Of a DNA stretch of 64,000 bases, positions 1 to 13,608 are shown one piece after another. The stretch covers positions 10,354,001 through 10,418,000 of the forward strand of contig CM022669.1 of the NCBI GenBank assembly GCA_012295275.1. Reading direction: 5' to 3'. The position numbers were made by a program, and so were the translations under genes. The stretch comes from Chrysomallon squamiferum (Eukaryota; Animalia; Mollusca). Positions within the stretch are counted from its first letter, which is position 1; every line of letters starts with the position of its first letter. The notes below the pieces were generated by a model. That model had not been told where the DNA came from. It saw nothing but the letters and a program-made list of their open reading frames with translations, and searched no databases.

Positions 1-661
1 CTGGGTTTTTTCAAAATATGAATGTATATCATTAATTTTTACTGAAAAGTATTTTTGTTATTTTCTTAAAAACACTCATCTATGATCAACCCAAGCAGTT
101 TGAATGATATATATACAAACTGGACTGGCTTGCACATGGTCATGAAATATGGTACCATAATAAAACATTTAAAAAAAGTATTTGTCATAAAATATAAACT
201 AGTAGATTTTAATGGTAACCTATGAGGATGGTTTCCATCTGTAACAAAAAAAAGAACAATTTTCTATTCTCAACACAAATACCTCAAAAAAACTTATTAC
301 TTCTATGTTGATGATAAAGTCCCAAGCAATTGGTTATCATTTACTTTTTGTGATTAGATATAACCAGCCACATGAAATTTACATGAGAATAATGTCTTTC
401 TTTTTAAATATATATTTGGGAGAGACTTTCACATTGTAGATAAACTTTGCGTAAACTGCACTGGATATCAGCCAGTACAGAAGGATTGGATTATCATTTC
501 TGTAGCAACATTTTTTTTATAATCAGTGATTATCTATATGATAAAATATCACCAACTCCTTTGTTGCATCTCTACTTCTTTTATTTTTGGTTTTTGTCCT
601 ATATCTTTATCATTTAAGTATCATAATATACCATAATATTCCTCATAATCAGATAATGTAC

Positions 662-1679
<1,018 letters not shown>

Positions 1680-1710
1680 GTTTAATGTTTTTACCGGAAA
1701 AGGACGAGCT
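1680..1710 (-). promoter_or_regulatory. 5' terminal oligopyrimidine (TOP/TCT-type) start and short 5'UTR of RPS15
   Basis: The minus strand reads CTCGTCCTTTTCCGGTAAAAACATTAAAC-ATG. This puts a pyrimidine tract (about 1696-1704) 17-25 nt before the ATG, typical of ribosomal protein genes. Confidence 0.75.
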
Positions 1711-2414
1711 TCAGCGGAACGATTTAATGCGACTGCGCATAGGTAAGATACAACCTGGTAAACACCAATCAATTACTTACAAAGAATGAATGTTGTACAT
1801 AAATAATTAATTTAAAATAAAAACAACAAAAACAAAAGTTATCATGTGGAGGCTGTTTGTTCTAAATAAATATGAAAATATGTAAATTTTAAAACTATAA
1901 TTATATATAACGTTTTATTTTGCATTTTATATTAACATATTATATTTAAATGAATTAATTATACCTTTACTTCAGTATTTACTTTTAATTAACTATATAC
2001 AGCTCAGATTAGTATTAAATTTCCAGAGTATTTAATGTTTTATTAATTATTATGGCACATACTATGTTTTATACTTATATAAAATAGACAAAAGAAGAAT
2101 ACGTCGTATACACATTAGTATCTTACTCAGAAGCAAGGTACGAGACAATATCGTAAGGGAATTTTACTGTGATAAGAAGTATTGTCGTTTGATCAGTGTT
2201 TTATAATAATGATTGATGACGTTCTTGAAGTTAATATCGCAGTATCACGACAAGAAAATCATATCTAAATTTATTTTTTAAGTTTTACCGATATGGGTAT
2301 ATCAGACGATTCACCGGAGATAAAAAATTATAAGTGATAGTATCTGGCGCGGTTTTCGATTTGCATGGGACTACTACTGGTCCGACTAGTCAAAGCAGAA
2401 GATACATCCTTGCA
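1700..2414. promoter_or_regulatory. Divergent promoter/5'UTR interval between RPS15 and the FERM gene
   Basis: The start codons at 1679 (-) and 2415 (+) face away from each other about 735 bp apart. CpGs are locally enriched around 1690-1740 and 2100-2560 relative to the neighbouring introns. Confidence 0.6.
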
Positions 2415-2787
2415 ATGTCTCGCCTGTCAAGACTGTTTCCAAGACTATTCAAGGGCAACAAGGATAAAACAGGATTACGAGATTTGTCCAGTGATTCCAA
2501 AAATCCACAATGCCGTGTTCTTTTTCTGGACGAGACTCACATTAACATCCCTTTCAAGGTTTGTTAACAAATATTACATAACACTCGATTGTATAATTTA
2601 TTAATTATTAATAATAATATTATATGTATTATAACAATGTTAATATATTAATACTATTAATAAATCAGCGACTTAGAACATTATGATTATCTGGATTCAA
2701 AGAAATCAACAGTGCCTGATCGTGGCTTATGATTAAACATTTCTGAATTTGTTACATTAGTAATTGTGTGAAACAAACTTTGCACAT

Positions 2788-2823
<36 letters not shown>

Positions 2824-5800
2824 TACTTTCATATATATATTTAATATTGTACAAATATGTAAGTCAAAATGTTATAATAGTTTCCTTTTCTTGTTTTCCT
2901 TTTTTATTTTTATTTAAAATAACAAACACTATTTGATTTTAAGCATTATTTAGATCAAAGAAGCCATTTAACTAATTGAGTTTAAAAATAAGAAGAATAA
3001 TTAGTGCACAGATCAAGATGAGATGAATAAAGCCAATTGAAATCCATTCATATCGAACCAATGGATATGATCGTAATGCATGACATAAATTGTTATCTAG
3101 TAATGAGTAGTATGTCACAAGTTTATTTTATATATACAACACTGACCTGCTAAAATGAACTCTATGTAAGATATCACTTGTGAGCATATTGCAGACAAAA
3201 TATTTGTTTAAGAAATTCAATTAGATGATCATAAATATAAATTGCAGTAATATCACAAGAATTAATGGTCTCTTGTTATTTAAATTGTTAATAACATTGT
3301 TAGGAAACTTTATAAACCTGTTTAATCGGGTAATATAATTTATCTATTTTGAAATTGAAATAGAACAAAAAAGTTTGAATATATTTTGTTGTTTTTGTTG
3401 TTGTTGTTGTGATGGTGGTGGCAAATTTTTTATAGGGTATTCATAGACACATTTTATTTATTTTTATTTATTTATTTTTTACTGTTCCAAAGAATCCTGA
3501 TAAAGGTGTGTGTGTATGTCACTATGTGTGTGTAAAATGAGGCCTTGTACCAATAAAATTAAAATGTAGTTTGATTTATAATAATTATAATGTTACAAAG
3601 TCTAGCACCTATGTATATTGAACACTGACAACAGGTTTTTCTTACCTGTTGATTTTTCTCTTAGACAAAACCATAATGAAACTTTATTAATTCTGAATTG
3701 TAAGCTTATGTAAGAAATGGGGATTTACACAACAGCTAGTAACTGGCTTACAGTCTATTTGTCAGTCTGACATTGGTTAAATTTTCAAGCAGCTATGGTT
3801 TAAGTTTGACATTCAATTATAATAATGATGTATACAAACCCAAAACTAATTTCATGCCATGACGGCCAGTTCAAATATTATCTTCCATGAGCATGCTAAA
3901 ATTAAATAAATCTGTATAATGGCTAATGTTATAAGTGGATTGATGATATGCCAGGAGCATGGACTTCAAGATATTCTAAGATGAAATCATGTATGTATTT
4001 GTTGTTAAAAGGAAGTGGGTAATTTGGTTGAGTTGTGTAAAGCCTGATAAAACATTTGAGATGTAATGTATTTGTTACTACAGAGTTTGAGAAAGTTAGA
4101 AAGTTCTGGAAGTCTGATTAGAAGGCTACACCACTAATGTGAAACATATTCAGTAACCATTTGTCTATCATTTACCTTTCTTTTTAAAAAAACACCAGAA
4201 AACAAAAAAATAAAAAGAAAGTTGTTACGGCAAGTTATTATTGTGGAAGAAGATCACATATTATATTTCTTGAAAATAAAAAAAACAACAACCAAAATAG
4301 TAATAATAATAAAAAATATAATATTAAAAAACATTAAAAACCCCCACAAAAAATAACAACAAAACCAAAAACAATCTACAATACATATACATCCCAGTTG
4401 TCACCTTTTGTTAAGTACACATCATTGATCAATAATAGTTTTGCAATCTCACTGTTATATAATGAATCATTCACTTATTATAAGGAACTGAAACTGTATA
4501 TTGTAATGTGTGTTGTATGGAACAAAATTAATAACTAACTCGTATTGGGTTATTCGGTATGTTAAATTTCTTATTAGGTATTCATTCATTTATCTTTATT
4601 ATTTTCAGTTGTTTTATGTACTTGCCATTGTTTTAATTATTATTATTTAAAACATTAAGTTTTCATTGCAGTTTAAACTTCAGAAATTCTCTAAAAGTAT
4701 TTTCAAAAAAAAATTCTTTCAGTCAGCTTTTAAATCAGAAAAGGAAACTCTGCAATTACCGAATGCCATAGTCAAAATTGATAGCAGCTGCAGCTTCATT
4801 CACAGCAGCAGCAATAATGTTGTTCTTTTTTTTCTCTTATTTCTTTCTTTTACTTTTATTTTTTCTGTTTTGACTGTAATATTGTCAGTATGTTTTCAAA
4901 AAATAAATCAACAACATGTTAACACTAACAGTAAAACTGTCGTGTAAATTGTGAAATGGTAATAAACTGTATTTTCTTCTGCATATTTTTTTTTTCACGT
5001 ATATTTTCTGAAATGCAATGTTGGAAATATATGGTTTTGTTTTAAGTTTATTTAATCATTCTTTGTGCAGAATGATCAGGAATGCCATTGTGGATATAAC
5101 TACATTAATATATTATATTTATTAAATATAAGAGGACTTCTATTTCAGATATATAAAGTTATTTATTCTCCTGTAAAAACAAAAATTACAATCAAAGTCA
5201 ACCAAATGCCATGTTCAGAACATTTAAACAGGTTAGTGTTAACTCCCAGCACAAAGTTGCCCAGGCATTTTATTAGTATATCCAAAGACAAATACAGTCG
5301 TTTTAATGGGGGTCTTTATAGTACATGGTGGTACTTATAAACATGTTTGTCCACAATAAAATTGTGTCCCCAACATAAACCAGTAAATAGGCTCATAAAT
5401 ACACAGAAGGATAATCTTTAAAGGTTGTGTTACCTGAAAGAATGTGGTTACTTGATTGCTAATTCAGTCACTTTCAGCTATATATTTTTAACTTTTTCTT
5501 CTTTTTCTTCTTTTTTTAAAATCTTTTAATTATTATATTTTTCTTTTGATATTATTTTTCTTTTCCTATGTTTTATTTTTATTTTTTTTATTTTATTATT
5601 ATTATTTTTTTTTAAAATGATATATATATATATAAATTCTTCTTCTACAAAAATATTTTTGTATTTTTATTACTTTTATTTATTTTATAATATTTTTGTG
5701 TATTTATTATTTTAATTTATTTTGTACCTGTGCAGTTCTTGATGAATAAAACAAAAAAAATACATAAATTTGTTTAAATGCTTTCACTGTGTCTTTCACC

Positions 5801-6184
5801 TGTCAGATAAAAAAATCAGATCCAGCCATAGACATATAAAAGTATCTAAAAAAAATGGGAGACAAGTTGGACAGATTATGACTGATACACAGGAAAATAA
5901 ACATACCTACACAAAAAATTCAGAAAAACTTCCTATGTGGTTGGACTTGACAAGTAACATTAGATTCACATAGATGTAGAACACACAAAACCCCATATGT
6001 ACACTCATGCACACACACACACACACAAACTATACACATGCATATACAGTCACACATGAAAAATGCAGGAAAACGTTCTATGTGTTGAATGTGACAATTA
6101 ACATTACATTTACAAAGATGAAAAAACACACAAAAAATACACACACGCACACAAACACACACACACACACAGACAGACAGACAG

Positions 6185-6254
<70 letters not shown>

Positions 6255-9200
6255 CCACACACATAAAATGAACCTAAACAACAGTTTACAGGACTTGAAG
6301 TAACATACAATTACAAAAGGTGTACATTTAAGCATGAATAATTCGAAGACAGGATGTTTTATTGGTTTTGGGATAACTGCTTATTATGTTACCAGGGGAG
6401 TATTTAGTTTTTTTTTTAAATTCTCTTTAATGTCTTACTCTGCTGTGAAATTTCCTTGTTAAGCTGATATGTTATATGTTTTTTGTTCAGAATTAAAAGA
6501 AAATTAAAGAACCAATTCAAGATTGCAGCTGACTTCAGGATCTTTACCATCAGTAATAATCTACAGAGATAGCAGACAAAAGAAAAAAAATAAATAAATA
6601 AAAAAATAATAATAAAAAAAATTAAATAAAATAAATCTGATTTAACAGAAGTAGATGAAATAAAGTAAATCAGGTTTGAATTTATGACAGGTTTATTTTC
6701 AGACCAGTTTAATATATTCATAATATTGCATACATAATCATGATAATGTAAAAACTGACACGTTAACCTGCATAGTTTAAATTACTATCCTGTTATTTTG
6801 GTATCGAGTCATTAAATATACACACATGCATGCATGCCCATTCATACATATAGACAAATACATACATAAAGTGACACACACAGGTATATTGTTGTGATTG
6901 TTTTATAGATGTGTGTGTGAGTATATATTTGCATATTGTTTAGCAACATAATGAGGTAAAAAGTTCCGTATTGGTGAATTTGTGTAAAATGTAACAAAAT
7001 ACGCCAGAATTATATTTACCAATAATATAAATATTATCTATCTATTTAAAAAATGTTTACACACATGCACACATACTTATATATATATTATAAATATCAA
7101 CATTTATCAGTGCAAAAGGTTAAGATTTGTGTTATGCTAATTACGCACACACACACACAAAAAACCCCATACATTATTCATTACAGTAATATTTATTAAA
7201 TTTATATTAAATAACCTTAACTGAAAATGTTAAGCCAATAATTATGTCTCGATGCAAATGAGAAATACTGTCTGTATGAACTAATTGATTTGGGTTATGT
7301 GTGTGTGTATATCGTTTAATTCAAACAAACAAACACACAACACACACACACACACACACACACTCAATTGTAACATTTATTAAATAGCAATAGCTGAAAA
7401 ATGTTAAACGTTAATAATTATGTCACTGTTTGGACAAGAAACACAGCTGTTTTAGAACAGGTTACTGGTATTAAAGTAAACAGTCCTGTTTGGGTTTCAA
7501 GTGTTTCTTCTTATATTACCTGCTCTGTAAAAGTCAAACAGGCTAAAATATGTTTGCTTTGTTTATTCAACAACTTACCTGGATATTGATGGGAATGCCA
7601 TGCCTGGAGAGGCCAACTTTTGTGTAAAATAAAGTATAGGATGTGTTATAATATATATATATTACAGGCAAATAATTGTTAAAGTGCGTGCATGTGTTTG
7701 TTGGTGTGACTATGCATATGATATTATGTTTAAAATTTAATACTACTTAAATCATTTAATATATTTACCTTTGTTATTAATGGGACCAGCATTAAGTGTT
7801 AACAAATACTTTTTCTTTTTTTTTTGGGTGTCTGTATTTTTCTATGTGTTTCTCTTGATTTTTGTGAATATGCTAAAAATGTGATATAATTTATATGACT
7901 TATATTTTAATTATACTTTCTTAATTGGCATAAATGAATTTATTTATGTTCTCTTAATGTTTTTTTTCTTTCAAATATTATTGTTAAAAGTTTACTTATA
8001 ATATAATGAGCTATCAATGTAGGTGAAAATACAGTTGCTTTTTTCTTACAGATTAGCAAGTAATATACTGCTAGCAAAAAGTTCTGTTCTGTCTTTTCTA
8101 TTCATGATACTGACATCACAAGTAGAAATACTAAATGAAAATAACAAAATAAGAATGATTAACTTATAGACTGCTACAAATGGCAACTTAACAGATGTAT
8201 TTAAAATAAATAATATGTGATAAATTTATAAATGTTTGGTCAGTCATATTGATTGTTTTATTCAAAAGATGAAATATTTTTTTATTCCTTGTATTTTATT
8301 ACTTCATTTTAAGCAGTGATGGAATAATTCATTTTGTATTATAACAGGTTGAGTTTGAAAATAGTTTTGAACTGTGTAATTTAAAAATAAAATTTAAAAA
8401 AAAGTTGTTATAGTTAAGGCCTTTTTAAAAAAAATAGGGTTTAATTTATCTTTCATTCATTATTCATATAGATAAATAGATGAATGAATTTCACATTATT
8501 GTTTTTAAATTGCAGGGAGGATGCAAAGGACAGTATATACTGGATCGTGTTATGGAACACCTTAATTTGGTGGAGAAAGAATATTTTGGTCTTCGTTATG
8601 TTGACTGCTCAGGTCAAACAGTAAGTTATCAAATTACAGGTTTTTTTCCTTTTTATTACCTTCAAACATAATGGGTAATTGAATGTATGCATATTCTGTC
8701 AGAAAAGCATGATTTATTTAAAGTAAATTCATTATTATTTTGTCACAATTGTTATTTGATCTATACATTTTTACATCCCTGTAAATAGTGTTTTTTGGTG
8801 TATGTGATATACCTATCTATATATATATATATATATATGTACTGTTGATCATCCTTTTGGGAAAGTTGTATAATCATTTTCTTTTCTCACTCCAACTTCT
8901 TGATGGTTATGTCAAAAGTCTATAGTATATCATTCTTTCTTTTATAAAGTTTATATAAGTTACATACAGAGTGATTATAATGTCGTTATCAGAAAGATTT
9001 TATTTTTTTAAATTTTTAATTCTGTTTGTCATTTGATAACTTCATTGAAATTTTGCTAAACAGAGTTTATTCATAAACAGAATATTTTAAAACAGATATT
9101 TTTTTAATACAAAATGATTTTTTTAAGCAATGAATATTTTATAAATTATTTATTTATTTATTTAAATCTGAATTGCAAAATATGAAAGTAATCTTATAAA

Positions 9201-9617
9201 TAATTTCATTCACAAGATATGCTCTATGACTATGTTGTTCCCAATACACACGATTCTGAACACAGAATAACCCTTACATTATACCACTGTACTTGATTTA
9301 CACAATATATTTCAGATTTTCAGTCACATTTAAGGCAAATACATGATGTGAAGAGTAATTGTGTTATATGCATCAGTACTCCACAGAAACATTTCCCCAC
9401 CATGATGCCAGATTTAGTGCACCCCCTGCTGCTCACATAACTGTGCTGAACAAAACAGCAGTTAACACCTGAAAACCCCAGTGTTATTAATACATCTTTA
9501 TTTTTTACTGATTTATTTTATTATTTATTTATTTTATTTTATTTTTTTATTTTTTTTTTATTTTTTTATTTTTTGGTTTTTATTTTATTTTATTTTATTC
9601 TATTCTAATTTCTATTT

Positions 9618-9657
<40 letters not shown>

Positions 9658-10562
9658 TAATTGTTATTATTATTATTTTTTTATATATATATATATTTTT
9701 TTTTTTCAGCATTGGCTAGATTCAAACAAATCTCTGGCATCCCAGTTGAAAGGTAATTGTTTTGTAATTTTATTTTATTTTATTTTTTTTTACTGTTTAG
9801 CTATCTTATAGCATGTATACAGGAAGTAAAAAATACTTAGTATTGTATTTCAAATTCCTGTGCAAATTTGAAAGATCATTAATAATGATGTATCATGTAA
9901 TTTTCTTACCCATATGTCATACTGGATTATTAGCAAAGATTAGCCACTAGGAATATTAAAACAACACCGACATGTTATAAATGTATTTGCATGTTGCTGC
10001 ATTATGATTCAATTTGTTCCATTAAGAAAACACCTTTTGCAAAAACAAGATTTTGCAATTAAAAAAAAAAGGTTTTCTTTGAACTACTATATATATATAT
10101 TTTAATTTCTTTTTTAGATGAGATATGATTTTATCTAACACAATTTTTTTCCACTTCATATTCAAGTGCATGCTTTTATTTATATTTAAGAAAAATTATT
10201 GTATTTTAAATAACAAACATTTTGTTTAGCTTTCTTCAGATCTCTATAGTTGTCTTTTCATCACTTAATAAATCAGAGGTGAGGTAGCCAATTTTCACTG
10301 GAGGTTCCCCTTTATTTTTTACTTATTCTTTATTTCTTTATTTACTTTTTTAATACCTACCTCTAACTTAAAACATGGAAGGTTTTCTTTTAAGAAAAAA
10401 GTTCTTCTTTATAGTTTCTATAGCTACATTTAACTGACAAAAATAAGTTTTTCTGGATTTGTTTTTAAAATTTCTCTATTATTTTTATATATACATATTT
10501 TTAAATTATATCTTTATTTATAACTATATCTGTCTGTCTATATATCTATCTTTCTATCTATC

Positions 10563-10594
<32 letters not shown>

Positions 10595-10699
10595 GCTACA
10601 TCTAACTTACAAAACATATATTGGAGGTTTTCCGTATTTTTACTTCTTCTTTATAATTTTTTTTATTATTTTGTTTTTCTTTATAAATATATACATATA

Positions 10700-10793
<94 letters not shown>

Positions 10794-11498
10794 TTTCCCC
10801 CACATACATAAACACACATAACTCACAAACATATATTGGTGATTTTTCTTTCTTTCTTCTTTTTTACATCTTCTATACTTGTTTTTATTTTAATTTTATT
10901 TTCAACACCTACATCTAAATTACGAACACACAACACGAAGCCTGTGTCAGCTGTTAACAGTTGTAAACTGTCAAATAAAATTCAGCTCCAGGTGGGAAAG
11001 CTGGAGACTTTCTTTCTTTTAAACTCATTACTGTTGGAAAAGTCAGATGAATTTACAGATTTCAAACCCATTATCTTCCACTATTAGACCTATCATTACC
11101 TACCATGGGAATTTGCAAGGTACCAGTTTACTGGGAAACAGTTATTTGCTTTGTTTTTCTATCCTGTAGATCTCAGAGGAAAAAAATAAATCGGGGAAAA
11201 AATACAAGAACAAAACAAATCAAAGATTTAAGTAAAGAAAAAAGTTAAAATGAAAAAGTGAAATAAAAGTAAAGGGGAGAGATTGTTTGATGAAGGAGAA
11301 GTATGAAACCATCCTAGTCTAAATTTAAATTCATATTGTTGTCAGAAACAGTTGTAACTATACATTAGCGCACTTTAATATTTTAGTTTCTCTGTTTTAA
11401 TTTTTTTAAGAATGAAAACAAAGTGAAAAAAGACAAAAAGAGATTGATAAAGTTAATAATATAATCTATGAGTTTCTGGAGTCACTTCAAATACATAA

Positions 11499-11552
<54 letters not shown>

Positions 11553-13512
11553 CATTTTTTTTTTTTTTTTTTTTTTTTAGAGTGGGGGATATGTTTGTTA
11601 GTATTGTTTTCTTAGTATTTACATTTTGTGTTTATTTTTTTACTTTTTTCTGCTTAAGTCTAGAACTTTATACATCAGTAAACAGGCAAACTATTTTAAC
11701 ACACATATCAATTTTCTCCATATAACAGAACTACTTAAATGAATTAAAAAGAAAAAGAAAAAAGAAATTAGTTTTGTTAAAAAAGTCGAAAATTATCATT
11801 AATGTTTTGGTTTTAATTTCTACAATTTTTGCTGTGGCAATAAGTTCTGCATCAATTTTAGAATGCCAATATTTGAAGATAATTCATCCCAGATTCACTG
11901 CAGTAAAGAATACAAGCTATCTGCAAAACTACCCATGGCATGCTTACTGTTGTTTACAGCTACAGTTGTTATTTGACTTTGTATTTTTAGTATTTTTAGT
12001 GGGTAGAAAATTTCAAAATAAAAACTGTTTGAAAATTTAGATGCTTAACAAAAACCATCTTAAACTGCATAAAGTGAAGATTCATGAACAGGATTTTAAG
12101 TCATATTGCTATCCAAGTATTTAAAAACATAACACTGCAAAGTTACCAAAAAACGTATTTGGAAAAAGCAAGAACAACTTTATAACAACAAACAGTACTG
12201 TAGTGGGGAGAGTTGTTGAATTTTAAAATTATTATTATTATTTTCTGTTTCTACTTTAGGTTGCAGTTTGCCATATACCTTCTATTTTGGAGTAAAATTT
12301 TATGCAGCTGATCCATGCAAACTTAGAGAAGAAATAACAAGGTATCTCTTTCTTTCCTCTTTGTAAAAAAAAAACAAAATAAATAAAGGGTCAGTTTAAG
12401 AATACTGCCCTATGGATATATATATTTTTTTAATTTAAATATCTCTCTCTTTTTTTTTTTTTTTTTTTTTTTTTTTCCTTTTTTTCCCCTTTTTTCTGGT
12501 TCAAGTGACTGTAATTCGAGGTTTCTGATTACAGTTTGTTTCTGTGCTCTGCATGCAAAGTTAATCTATCAAATCAAAATATCTGCAGGTTTTGTAATGG
12601 TTATCCTTATAGCCTGACATTTGTTAACCACAGCGTGCAACAAAATATGACACTTTTCTCCAAGTCTAGCCAAACCAGTGGTATCACCTGTAATCTCTGG
12701 TTCTGGTTTCCTAGCAGAGTCATTGTTGAGCTAATAACAGGGTAGTATGTACAGTGATGAACTAGCTGTCCTCCTCTATATACTTGTATATAGTTTATAT
12801 ATATTATTATATTAAAATATTTTATCTTATGGAGGGTAGATATTAAATGGGTGGTCTGAGTCAATACCATCAGTCATTTTAGGAATGATTTATGCTATCA
12901 GCTGATCTACAGACATGTAGAAGCTAGTCTGAAAAAGATAATGAAAGTTAATTAAAGACAGAAGAAAGAGGGAAGAAATATTTTGTTTAATGATACACTT
13001 AATCACATATTAATTTGTTTAAGAACTTGCTTAGACATGAGTTCGGAATTTGTAGCTTTCTGTAGTTTAACTAGCATTCTTACTGTTTGCAATAAGGAGT
13101 CTTTTATGTGTGCCGACCCATTAAATTGAAAAAAACCACACATACATCATGAGTTTTTGATAAAGCTATTGTTTAACTTTGGCTAGAATGGGGAATGTCC
13201 CAGTCAGAGAACTGGTGACGATTGATCCAGTGATGATTGACATGTAAGACCAGTACTTTGTTATATTATTAATTCAGAGTTCATTTCAGGATAAACACAT
13301 TATTTATTGTTTCAAAATTCTGTAATGAACAAATTAATCAGTTTTTACTTCTTTTTCTTTTTTTAACATATTTCAACTTGTCTATATTTTTGTTAGGATA
13401 AAAACTGGTGTGAATATTTAACAGATATATAGAGAGGAAGAGTGGAGTAATACACACATATTTATATGTGTATATGTGTATTATCACATTCTTTTTCTGT
13501 ATGAGTCTTTGT

Positions 13513-13608
<96 letters not shown>

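Noticed and set aside
5920-6335. ORFs rich in VC/HT
   Set aside because: Translations of the (AC)n microsatellite.
7573-7582. ACTTACCTGG, matching the U1 snRNA 5' end or a perfect antisense donor
   Set aside because: Downstream sequence shows no U1 stem-loops or Sm site, and one such short match is expected by chance in 64 kb.
12342-12351. U12-type donor (GTATCTCTTT)
   Set aside because: It deviates from GTATCCTT, and there is no TCCTTAAC branch site near the 13698 acceptor.
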